Shown here piece by piece: positions 27,779-35,683 of a stretch of DNA of 64,000 bases. Made by a program: the position numbers and the translations under genes. The stretch lies in NCBI GenBank assembly GCA_043815185.1, contig JBDRJF010000001.1, positions 89,690-153,689 on the forward strand, given 5' to 3'. The notes under the pieces were generated by a model. It was not told the DNA's origin, ran no database searches, and saw only the letters and a list, made by a program, of their open reading frames with translations. The stretch comes from Candidatus Omnitrophota bacterium. Its GTDB lineage: Bacteria; Omnitrophota; Gorgyraeia; Duberdicusellales; 4484-171. The number at the start of each line of letters is the position of its first letter. Position 1 is the first letter of the stretch.

Positions 27779-28654
27779 TTAGTATATAACCTTATTTAAT
27801 GGATATTCAATTATTCCTTGAGCACCGTTTTCTTTTAACAAGGGCAGGATTTTACGTACCTGGCTCTCCTCCACAATAACTTCACAGGCAACCCAATTTT
27901 TTAGGGTTAGGTGAGAAATTGTTGGTTTCTTTAAAGCCGGGAGAATCGCTAAAACCTTTTCTAAGTTATTTTCTCTTACATTAAGCTTAAGGCCGACTTG
28001 AGCTCTGGCTTCAAGCGCCCCCTTAAGCAGCAGTAAAATTTGCTGTAGCTTCTTTTTCTTCCACTTATTTTTATAAGAAGACTTGTTGGCAATAAATTGA
28101 GTTGTGGAAGAGCAGACTGTATCAATAATCTTTAAACCATTAGCCCGGAGGCTCTCACCGGTTTCGGTAAGTTCTACTATGGCATCGACAAGACCGCTTT
28201 TTACCTTAACTTCGGTAGCTCCCCAGCTAAACTCGACTTCCAGATCGATTTTTTTAGCCTTAAAAAACCTCTTGGTATACTTCAGTAATTCAGTAGCCAC
28301 CCGTTTTCCCTGTAAATCTTTTAGTTTTTTTATTCGGGAATCATCCCTTACTGCCACTACCCATCTTACCGGGTTAAGGGTTCTCTTAGCATAAGGTAGT
28401 TGAGATAGCTTTAAAACATTTGAACCATTCTCTAATATCCAATCCTCACCGGTAATTCCACAATCTAAAATGCCTTCTTCGACATAACGCGACATCTCCT
28501 GAGCCCGGATCAGCACAACTTTAATCTCGTCATCATCAATAGAAGGGAAATATGACCGTGAACTCAGGTAAATATTGAACCCGGCCATGCGAAAGAGTTC
28601 TAAGGTCTTTTCCTGCAGGCTCCCTTTGGGTATTCCTAACCTTAACAGCTTCAT
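27779..28654 (-). CDS. hisG: ATP phosphoribosyltransferase, long form
   Basis: MKLLRLGIPKGSLQEKTLELF start, about 291 aa including the C-terminal regulatory domain, and an AAGGAG Shine-Dalgarno sequence. Confidence 0.9.
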   Translation of the reverse strand: MKLLRLGIPKGSLQEKTLELFRMAGFNIYLSSRSYFPSIDDDEIKVVLIRAQEMSRYVEEGILDCGITGEDWILENGSNVLKLSQLPYAKRTLNPVRWVVAVRDDSRIKKLKDLQGKRVATELLKYTKRFFKAKKIDLEVEFSWGATEVKVKSGLVDAIVELTETGESLRANGLKIIDTVCSSTTQFIANKSSYKNKWKKKKLQQILLLLKGALEARAQVGLKLNVRENNLEKVLAILPALKKPTISHLTLKNWVACEVIVEESQVRKILPLLKENGAQGIIEYPLNKVIY

Positions 28655-28675
28655 TTTTACTCCTTAAAGAAGTAA

Positions 28676-28704
28676 ATTATACAATGCCTATATGGAGTTG
28701 TAAA
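28676..28704 (-). promoter_or_regulatory. sigma70-like promoter TTTACA-17-TATAAT for hisG
   Basis: The minus strand reads TTTACAactccatataggcattgTATAAT, ending about 20 nt upstream of the hisG ATG. Confidence 0.45.
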
Positions 28705-28835
28705 GGAAAATATTAAACCAGCCAGATTGAAGAATTGAAAACGGTTTCATCAAGGACTCCCTAACTCCTTGAATGGCAAACGAAAACAATGTTATCCTTT
28801 AATAAGGATTCCCTTCGGGGGATTAAATGCCACGG

Positions 28836-28867
28836 ACCCTCTCCCTTTTTGGGGGGAGGGTTTCTTT
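28836..28867 (+). terminator. GC-rich hairpin with T-run on the plus strand only (orphan terminator-like)
   Basis: ACCCTCTCCC-ttttt-GGGGGGAGGGT followed by ttcttt. There is no T-run in the minus orientation. Confidence 0.35.
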
Positions 28868-28911
28868 AAATAAAAATGGTGTTCTGATCCTAAAGATAAA
28901 AACACCATTTT
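28868..28911 (-). terminator. intrinsic terminator candidate after the purF-like gene
   Basis: Minus strand: AAAATGGTGTT-17 nt loop-AACACCATTTTtatttaaag. The stem is AT-rich and the loop is large. Confidence 0.45.
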
Positions 28912-28941
28912 CTGCTTTAATTATATAAAATCCAGACGATT

Positions 28942-30390
28942 TTATTTTGATTGCTGATGGGCCGGGCAACTCGTGCCTTTACCTTCTGTTTGAGCTGGAC
29001 ACTTACCAGTCCAACAATAAAGACAAAGTTTTTCCTTGGGCAGACCGATCGCTTCAACCATATCGTCTACGGTTTGATACCTTAAAGTAGTAACCCCTAA
29101 ATCTCTGGCAATCCAGTCTACCATCTGCTTATATTTCTCAGAAGTGCAATCAGTATATTCACAAACATCTTCTAAATCATTACCTTCAATAGCTCGTATA
29201 GCTTTTCGAGCAGCAAGCTCATGGATACTACGCGTGGATAAGTTAAACCGGCAAGGGAACATTAAAGGGGGGCAAGCCGGCCTTACGTGAACCTCTTTGG
29301 CTCCCGAATCCCAGAATTTCTTTATGGTGAAATTCTTGAGCTGGGTTCCTCTTACTATAGAATCATCACAAACAACAATCTTGTTACCTTCAATTATCTC
29401 CTTTATGGGAATAAGCTTCATCTTAGCAACTAAATCACGTGTTTCTTGAGAAGGTGGAGTATAGCTTCGGCCATATCCCGGTGTATATTTTATCAAGGGT
29501 CTGCGGTAAGGACTACCGCTCTCCATGGCATAGCCTATTGCATGGGCAGTCCCGGAATCGGGGACTCCCGAAACTACATCTACCTTTAGATTTTTATCGC
29601 GCCGGGCCAGAATACGTCCGCATCTTTCTCTTACTACTTCGGTATTGATTCCCTCATAATCTGAGGCCGGAAATCCAGTATAAATCCATAAAAATGCACA
29701 GATTTGATTTGCTTCCCTGCCAGGTTTTTTCTCCTTCATTCCTTGCTCAGTTATCAGGATTATTTCACCCGGCCTTAAGTGCCTGATTATCTTAAAGTCA
29801 CTATTAGGGAAAGCGCAAGTCTCAGAAGTAACAGCCAAAGCATCATCCCGTTCACCAACCACAAGGGGTGTATAACCGAATCGATCTCTGGCTGCATATA
29901 TTCCATCCTTATGCAGCAATAGCAGCGAACAGGAACCCTTTATCTTGTCAAACATCTTCTCTATACCGTCGACCAAATCATTCCCCTGGCTGATCAGTTT
30001 TGCTATCAGCTCGGTAGTATTAACCCCGCCCTTGCTTACTTCAGTAAAAGATACTCCCTGATTAAAAAGACTGGCTGTTAATTCTTCGGTATTTTCGATA
30101 AATCCGTTGGTAACTAAACAAAAGGGGCCAAATTTAGAGTTTAAATACATCGGCTGCTCTTCAAAAGCGCTAATCACCCCAATACCTTTATTACCTTTCA
30201 TCTGCTTGTAGTCATCATGGAATTTTGACTTGAATTGGCTCTGAGATATTTTATGTATTTGCCGTATAAGCTCTTTTCCCAAAACTGCCATACCCCCATA
30301 TTCGGTTCCTAGATGGGAGTGATAATCGGTACAATAAAATAAAAGATCCATGCAATCCTTTTGTGAAACTACGCCACAAATTCCGCTCAT
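28942..30390 (-). CDS. PurF-like class II (Ntn) glutamine amidotransferase / phosphoribosyltransferase
   Basis: MSGI-CGVV gives an N-terminal Cys after a short propeptide. It has the PRTase loop VVCDDSIVRGTQ, and C-terminal CLYCWTGKCP resembling the Fe-S type PurF CxxCFTGKYP. The glutaminase-domain R/G motifs are diverged. Confidence 0.7.
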   Translation of the reverse strand: MSGICGVVSQKDCMDLLFYCTDYHSHLGTEYGGMAVLGKELIRQIHKISQSQFKSKFHDDYKQMKGNKGIGVISAFEEQPMYLNSKFGPFCLVTNGFIENTEELTASLFNQGVSFTEVSKGGVNTTELIAKLISQGNDLVDGIEKMFDKIKGSCSLLLLHKDGIYAARDRFGYTPLVVGERDDALAVTSETCAFPNSDFKIIRHLRPGEIILITEQGMKEKKPGREANQICAFLWIYTGFPASDYEGINTEVVRERCGRILARRDKNLKVDVVSGVPDSGTAHAIGYAMESGSPYRRPLIKYTPGYGRSYTPPSQETRDLVAKMKLIPIKEIIEGNKIVVCDDSIVRGTQLKNFTIKKFWDSGAKEVHVRPACPPLMFPCRFNLSTRSIHELAARKAIRAIEGNDLEDVCEYTDCTSEKYKQMVDWIARDLGVTTLRYQTVDDMVEAIGLPKEKLCLYCWTGKCPAQTEGKGTSCPAHQQSK

Positions 30391-30460
30391 TTCAGCTCCT
30401 CCATTATTATTCCCATTATTATTTTAAATACTCCCATCGCGCTACTTAATAGCTTACAGT

Positions 30461-31978
30461 TTATGTCACAAAAAGACTCTTGGAAGAAAAGTTCGGTGCA
30501 CTAGTAAGATTAACTCCCAGTTTACGTAACCCTGCCTCATCTCCCGGGGTAGGCATATGAGTCGTATGTACCTCACAACCTCCGAGCTCTTTAAGTTTCT
30601 CCATAGCCAATTGAGCTGTAGGATTTGTAGCGCTACTGATACTCAAAGCAATTAAAGCCTCTTCCAAATCTAAACTTATTGTCTTTGTACCGGAAAGATT
30701 CTTTTTCAACCTTCCTATTGATTCGATTATAGTCGGTGATAAAAGGTGGATCTTATCCGGTATCTCACCTAGCTTCTTTATAGCATTAAATACAAGACTA
30801 GCTGTTGCATGCATGAGATCTGAGTTCTTACCGGTAACAATAGAACCATCTCTAAGTTCTATGGCCGCACCACAAAAGACACCTTCGTGTCCCTTCTTTT
30901 TCTCTTCAGCCTCTTTAAGCGCATCGTTCGCGGGTTTAACTACCCGGCGATCTTCGGGGCGAAGATTAAGCTCCTCCATAAGTTGTTCGACTCTCTGAAC
31001 TGTTCCTTTGTCGCTAAAACCTATGGCATATTCGCATCTATACCTAAAAAACCGGCGTATAATCTCCTGTTTGGCAGCATCTCTGACTACCGCATCATCG
31101 ATAATTCCGAAACCAGCTCTATTCACCCCCATGTCGGTAGGAGATTTATATATTGCTTCATCTCCGGTGATTTTCTCCAATATCCGCTCAAGAAGAGGGA
31201 AAGCATCAACATCCCGATTGTAATTAATTGCTGTCTTCTGGTAAGTTTCCAAGTGAAAAGGATCAACAAGGTTAAAGTCTCTTAGATCAGCTGTAGCTGC
31301 TTCATAAGCTATGTTAACCTCGTGCTTAAGAGGAAGATTCCAAATGGGAAAGGTCTCGAACTTTGCGTAACCTGCCTTTACTCCTCTTTTATATTCATGA
31401 TAAAGCTGACTAAGGCAAGTAGCAAGTTTCCCGCTTCCTGGGCCTGGGCCGGTAACTACTACTAAGGGCTTCTCGGTCTCAATATAAGTATTCGCACCGT
31501 AGCCTTCATCGCTTACAATTAAATCGACATCTGTAGGGTAACCCTTGGTAAAAAAGTGAGTATAAACTCTAATGTTTCTGCGTTCTAATTTATTTTTGAA
31601 AATTATAGCTGAGGCCTGATTATCAAAACGGGTTATCACCACTGCTGCTATATTAATATCCCAGCTTCTTAAATCATCGATAAGTTTTAAGGCATCGACA
31701 TCGTAGGTAATGCCAAAATCTGCCCGGACCTTCCTTCTTTCAATGTCACCGGCATAGATACAGAGGATAATGTCTGCTTTACCTTTAAGCTTCTGCAAAA
31801 GTCTCATTTTTACGTTAGGGCCAAATCCCGGTAAAACCCTTGAAGCATGGTAATCAAAAACAATCTTGCCGCCAAACTCTAGATAAAGTTTATTATTAAA
31901 CCGCTCAACCCGTTCTAATATAGCGCCTGTCTGCTCTTTAAGGTATTGTTCATTATCAAAACCTGACCGCTTTAGCAT
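30461..31978 (-). CDS. DUF1846 / UPF0371 family protein (P-loop containing)
   Basis: [15 protein letters not shown]...[25 protein letters not shown] and [15 protein letters not shown] closely follow the UPF0371 pattern as I recall it from streptococcal proteins. Confidence 0.8.
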   Translation of the reverse strand: MLKRSGFDNEQYLKEQTGAILERVERFNNKLYLEFGGKIVFDYHASRVLPGFGPNVKMRLLQKLKGKADIILCIYAGDIERRKVRADFGITYDVDALKLIDDLRSWDINIAAVVITRFDNQASAIIFKNKLERRNIRVYTHFFTKGYPTDVDLIVSDEGYGANTYIETEKPLVVVTGPGPGSGKLATCLSQLYHEYKRGVKAGYAKFETFPIWNLPLKHEVNIAYEAATADLRDFNLVDPFHLETYQKTAINYNRDVDAFPLLERILEKITGDEAIYKSPTDMGVNRAGFGIIDDAVVRDAAKQEIIRRFFRYRCEYAIGFSDKGTVQRVEQLMEELNLRPEDRRVVKPANDALKEAEEKKKGHEGVFCGAAIELRDGSIVTGKNSDLMHATASLVFNAIKKLGEIPDKIHLLSPTIIESIGRLKKNLSGTKTISLDLEEALIALSISSATNPTAQLAMEKLKELGGCEVHTTHMPTPGDEAGLRKLGVNLTSAPNFSSKSLFVT

Positions 31979-32047
31979 CGCTACCCCTTTTAATATTATC
32001 GTCTTTTATTTACTGGTAAAACTTATGCGAGTCATTTCAAGTTTTCT

Positions 32048-35000
32048 TTACACTATTTCTCTATGATACTCCTGAAGAGATTTTAGTGAGATTTTCTTGT
32101 TCTTAAGAGCTTCTATTCCTTCAAGACTGGCGGAAGCCGCAGCCATAGAGGTAATATAAGGAACCTTCTGTTGTATGGCCATAATACGGATATAACTATC
32201 ATCAGTCTTGCTATCCCTTCCCACCGGTGTATTTATGATAATGTGAATGTCTCCGTTTTTAATTGCATCAGCAAGGTTAGGTCTTCCTTCATGAAGCTTC
32301 TTCACCTCTGTATTATTTATTCCGTTTTCCTTAAGAAAGCGGCTAGTTCCTATTGTAGCATAGATATTAAACCCGAGTTTGCTAAACTCTTTGGCTATGT
32401 TAAGTAACTCCGGTTTGTCTTTGTCGGTTACGGTAAGCAAAGCATTTCCCTCTATAGGAAGCTTTAAGTTAGCTGCTGCTTGAGCTTTATAAAAAGCAAT
32501 CCCAAAGGTATCGCCGATTCCCATCACCTCTCCGGTAGCCCTCATCTCAGGGCCAAGTAAAGGGTCTACTTCCGGAAACATATTAAAGGGGAAAACTGCC
32601 TCTTTAACTCCTACGTGAGAAATCTTACGGGGCTTCTGAAGCTCGGGAAAATCTTTTATCTTTTTGCCCACCATTAATTGAGTTGCTATCCGTGCTATGG
32701 AGAGTCCCATGACTTTTGAAACTAACGGTACCGTCCGAGATGCCCGAGGATTAGCTTCCAGAACATATACTTTATCATCACAGATAGCGTACTGGATATT
32801 CATCAATCCAACAACCTTAAGTTCCTTTGCTATTTGAACTGTGTACTTCTTAATAAGCTTTAGATGCTCCTCTTTTATGGTTCTGGTGGGAATCGCACAA
32901 GCAGAATCGCCGGAGTGGACACCGGCAAGTTCTATATGTTCCATCACCGCTGCAACATATACATCCTCTCCGTCAGAAAGAGCATCGACTTCTGCCTCAA
33001 CAGCATGTTCCAGGAATCTGTCAATAAGCATAGGAAAATCGGGGCTCACTTTGATTGCTTCCTGAGCATACTTTTCTAGCATCGTCTGATTATAAACAAT
33101 TTCCATACCCCTGCCTCCCAAAACAAAAGAAGGGCGTACCATAAGCGGGTATCCGATCTTATTGGCAATTTTTATCGCCTCATCTAAAGAACGGGCTGTA
33201 CCGCTCTCGGGCTGGGGAATATCCAGGGCAATCAAGCTTTGCCTAAAATATTCTCGATCTTCGGCTAAACGAATACTTTCCGGCGAAGTGCCGATAATTT
33301 TTAAACCGTTATCTTTCAACTCCTGAGCTATATTCAAAGGAGTTTGGCCGCCAAACTGGACAATAACTCCTTCGGGCTTTTCTTTTTCATAGATAGTTAA
33401 CACATCTTCTACGGTCAAAGGTTCAAAATAGAGTTTGTTAGAAGTATCATAATCAGTAGATACTGTCTCAGGGTTACAATTTATCATAATTGATTCATAG
33501 CCTTCATCCCGCAGGGCAAAAGCAGCATGAACACAGGTATAATCAAACTCTATTCCCTGACCGATCCGGTTAGGTCCTCCGCCTAAAATTAATATTTTCT
33601 TATTTGGCGATACCGACACCTTATCTTCTCCGATATAGGTTGAATAATAGTAAGCGGCATTTTCTACTCCGCTAACCGGAACAACATCGTAACGACCGTT
33701 CTTCTTAAGCCTAATTCTCCTTTCTCTTACTTCTTTCTCCTTCAGCTTAAAAAGCTGAGCTAAATACTTATCTGAGAATCCCAGCTCTTTTGCCTTAATC
33801 AGCTCTCCATCAGCTAAATCTTTCCATTTATTTTTAATTATCGCTTCTTCGAAATCGACAAGCTCCTTCATCTCCCGAATAAACCAAGGGTGGATATAGG
33901 TAACTTTATGAAGCTCCTCAACAGAAATACCTCTGCGTAAAGCTTCATAAATTAAGAATATTCGCTCACTGGAGGGAGCGCTTAACTTGCCTTTTAACTT
34001 GGACAGAGGAAAAGCTTTGAATTCTTCAACACCTAAACCGTACCGGCCTATTTCCAAAGAACGAATAGCTTTCTGAAAAGCCTCTTTGAATGTCTTACCG
34101 ATACTCATTACCTCACCAACAGCCTTCATCTGGGTTCCTAAAATATCCTTGGCTTGAGGAAACTTCTCAAAGGCCCAGCGGGCAAATTTAACAACCACAT
34201 AATCACCGCTAGGTTCATACTTCTCCAAAGTCCCTTCTTTCCAGTAAGGAATCTCATCCATTGTTAGACCGGCAGCTAACTTTGTTGAAATACGGGCTAT
34301 CGGAAAGCCGGTTGCTTTGGAAGCAAGAGCTGAAGAACGCGATGTTCTGGGGTTAATTTCGATAACTACTATTCGATCATCCTTAGGGTTGTGAGCAAAC
34401 TGAATATTTGTTCCGCCAACAACCCCGATTGCATCAACTATCTTGTAGGAATATTCCTGCATTTTATCCTGTAACTCTTTTTTTACGGTAAGCATCGGGG
34501 CAGAACAAAAGCTATCTCCGGTATGAACACCCATAGCATCAATATTTTCGATAAAGCATACGGTAATTTTCTGATTTTTATGATCCCGTACCACTTCCAG
34601 TTCTAATTCTTCCCAGCCGATAACTGCTTCTTCAACTAGAACTTGATGAACAAGACTTGCCGCTAAGCCACGAGTTACAATAATCCTTAATTCCTCTACA
34701 TTGTAAGCAATTCCTCCTCCGGTTCCGCCCATGGTGTAAGCCGGCCTTAATACCACCGGGTAGCCTATCTTCTGGGCTATAGCCTCAGCGGCTTCAACCG
34801 AATGGCTAATTTCCGATTCAGGAAGAGGAATTCCTAATTTCTTCATTGTCTCTTTAAAAATCAGACGATCTTCCCCGCGTTCAATAGCATCAACTTTAAC
34901 CCCGATAATTTTAACCTCGTATTTGGCTAAAATTCCTGCTTTATGAAGACTGGAGGAAAGATTAAGGCCGGTTTGCCCGCCTAAATTAGGCAGCAGAGCA

Positions 35001-35251
35001 TCGGGACGTTCCCGCTTAATAATGGCCTCTAAGCTTTCGATAGTGAGCGGCTCAATATAAGTTTTATCAGCCATACCGGGGTCGGTCATAATCGTTGCCG
35101 GGTTGGAATTAACCAAAACAACTTCATAGCCTTCTTCTTTTAAAGCCTTGCAGGCTTGAGTACCAGAATAATCAAATTCACAGGCTTGCCCGATAATTAT
35201 CGGCCCGGAACCAATAATTAAAACTTTTTTAATATCCTCATATCGCGGCAT
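32048..35251 (-). CDS. carB: carbamoyl-phosphate synthase large subunit
   Basis: 1067 aa with duplicated ATP-grasp halves. N-terminus VLIIGSGPIIIGQACEFDYSG; second half ILILGGGPNRIGQGIEFDY. Confidence 0.95.
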   Translation of the reverse strand: MPRYEDIKKVLIIGSGPIIIGQACEFDYSGTQACKALKEEGYEVVLVNSNPATIMTDPGMADKTYIEPLTIESLEAIIKRERPDALLPNLGGQTGLNLSSSLHKAGILAKYEVKIIGVKVDAIERGEDRLIFKETMKKLGIPLPESEISHSVEAAEAIAQKIGYPVVLRPAYTMGGTGGGIAYNVEELRIIVTRGLAASLVHQVLVEEAVIGWEELELEVVRDHKNQKITVCFIENIDAMGVHTGDSFCSAPMLTVKKELQDKMQEYSYKIVDAIGVVGGTNIQFAHNPKDDRIVVIEINPRTSRSSALASKATGFPIARISTKLAAGLTMDEIPYWKEGTLEKYEPSGDYVVVKFARWAFEKFPQAKDILGTQMKAVGEVMSIGKTFKEAFQKAIRSLEIGRYGLGVEEFKAFPLSKLKGKLSAPSSERIFLIYEALRRGISVEELHKVTYIHPWFIREMKELVDFEEAIIKNKWKDLADGELIKAKELGFSDKYLAQLFKLKEKEVRERRIRLKKNGRYDVVPVSGVENAAYYYSTYIGEDKVSVSPNKKILILGGGPNRIGQGIEFDYTCVHAAFALRDEGYESIMINCNPETVSTDYDTSNKLYFEPLTVEDVLTIYEKEKPEGVIVQFGGQTPLNIAQELKDNGLKIIGTSPESIRLAEDREYFRQSLIALDIPQPESGTARSLDEAIKIANKIGYPLMVRPSFVLGGRGMEIVYNQTMLEKYAQEAIKVSPDFPMLIDRFLEHAVEAEVDALSDGEDVYVAAVMEHIELAGVHSGDSACAIPTRTIKEEHLKLIKKYTVQIAKELKVVGLMNIQYAICDDKVYVLEANPRASRTVPLVSKVMGLSIARIATQLMVGKKIKDFPELQKPRKISHVGVKEAVFPFNMFPEVDPLLGPEMRATGEVMGIGDTFGIAFYKAQAAANLKLPIEGNALLTVTDKDKPELLNIAKEFSKLGFNIYATIGTSRFLKENGINNTEVKKLHEGRPNLADAIKNGDIHIIINTPVGRDSKTDDSYIRIMAIQQKVPYITSMAAASASLEGIEALKNKKISLKSLQEYHREIV

Positions 35252-35275
35252 AAATAATCCTCCTTTACTTACTGC

Positions 35276-35340
35276 TCCAAAAATAGAAAAAGCGCCCCTT
35301 CTACATCATTGGTTTAGAAAGGACGCCATCATCCACATTG
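35276..35340 (-). promoter_or_regulatory. carB leader: conserved hairpin plus U-tract motif (copy Y)
   Basis: Minus strand: GGATGATGGCGTCCTTTCTAAACCAATGATGTAGAAGGGGCGCTTTTTCTATTTTTGG. The 12-bp stem is complete only on the minus-strand RNA (two G-U pairs). A related copy lies at 41041..41101. Confidence 0.6.
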
Positions 35341-35346
35341 GGATTG

Positions 35347-35375
35347 ATTATCCGATAAATTTGGCTAATAGTCAA
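35347..35375 (-). promoter_or_regulatory. sigma70-like promoter TTGACT-17-GATAAT for carB
   Basis: The minus strand reads TTGACTattagccaaatttatcgGATAAT, with an A/T-rich stretch upstream. Confidence 0.5.
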
Positions 35376-35468
35376 GAAAAAAAATAACCTTTTTTTTATC
35401 TAAAAAATCTTAAAAAAGCTAATATTTATAGGCATTCTTGCATGGTGTAAAAAAAAATAAAAAACTAC

Positions 35469-35497
35469 TTGACAAGTGTAAAGTAATAGTTTACACT
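35469..35497 (+). promoter_or_regulatory. sigma70-like promoter TTGACA-17-TACACT for the HTH-glnA gene
   Basis: TTGACAagtgtaaagtaatagttTACACT. It is overlapped by the inverted repeat at 35472..35500. Confidence 0.45.
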
Positions 35498-35500
35498 TGT
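35472..35500. promoter_or_regulatory. perfect 11-bp inverted repeat ACAAGTGTAAA-N7-TTTACACTTGT (candidate operator)
   Basis: Read directly. It spans the -35/-10 spacer and the -10 of the glnA promoter. Confidence 0.6.
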
Positions 35501-35512
35501 AATGTAGAATGA

Positions 35513-35666
35513 AGCTTAGGTTTACAGAACAAAGTGAAAGTAAACCTTTAGCTGAATTCACCCGAAACATTCTTTAAAAATTTCATAGAAATTTTTAAAG
35601 TATTTAGATGTTTCGGGATAATTCGCACTTATCACTTATGTTCACTTCGTTCCGTAAGTGATGTGC
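35513..35666 (+). promoter_or_regulatory. structured 5' UTR of HTH-glnA (three adjacent hairpins)
   Basis: P1 at 35513..35553 (AGCTtAGGTTTAC/GTAAACCTttAGCT). P2 at 35554..35624 (GAATT, CCCGAAACA and a 12-bp CTTTAAAAATTT stem). P3 at 35625..35666 (GCACttATCACTTA/TAAGTGATGTGC). The Shine-Dalgarno sequence is left unpaired. Confidence 0.45.
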
Positions 35667-35683
35667 TCATTAAAGGAGGAAAA

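Noticed and set aside
28688-28750. 20-aa minus-strand ORF (MKPFSILQSGWFNIFLYNSI) upstream of hisG as a histidine attenuation leader peptide
   Set aside because: It contains no His codons and it overlaps the predicted hisG promoter. It is most likely fortuitous.
28705-28860. T-box, PRPP/ykkC-type or other known riboswitch in the hisG upstream spacer
   Set aside because: I could not find the conserved T-box sequence or ykkC-like core motifs on either strand. The hisG promoter candidate lies downstream of these hairpins.
35472-35500. Calling the glnA palindrome a canonical TnrA/GlnR box
   Set aside because: The half-sites TGTAA/TTACA match, but the spacing is 9 nt rather than the 7 nt of TGTNA-N7-TNACA. 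It is reported only as a related but distinct candidate operator.
35513-35666. Glutamine (glnA-motif) riboswitch in the glnA leader
   Set aside because: There is no match to the remembered conserved GGAAGUAGG / GAAGGAAC core, and the hairpins are much larger and more AT-rich than that motif.
35663-35683. Track N-terminal extensions: GTG 35663 for glnA, TTG 5595 for the SPL gene, ATG 20233 for ctc, ATG 63553 for the ftsL-like gene, and TTG 15848 for bamA
   Set aside because: The downstream ATGs fit better. They have a proper Shine-Dalgarno sequence (glnA, ctc), avoid long overlaps with the upstream gene (ctc, ftsL-like), or expose a normal signal peptide (bamA). The glnA extension also lies inside leader hairpin P3.
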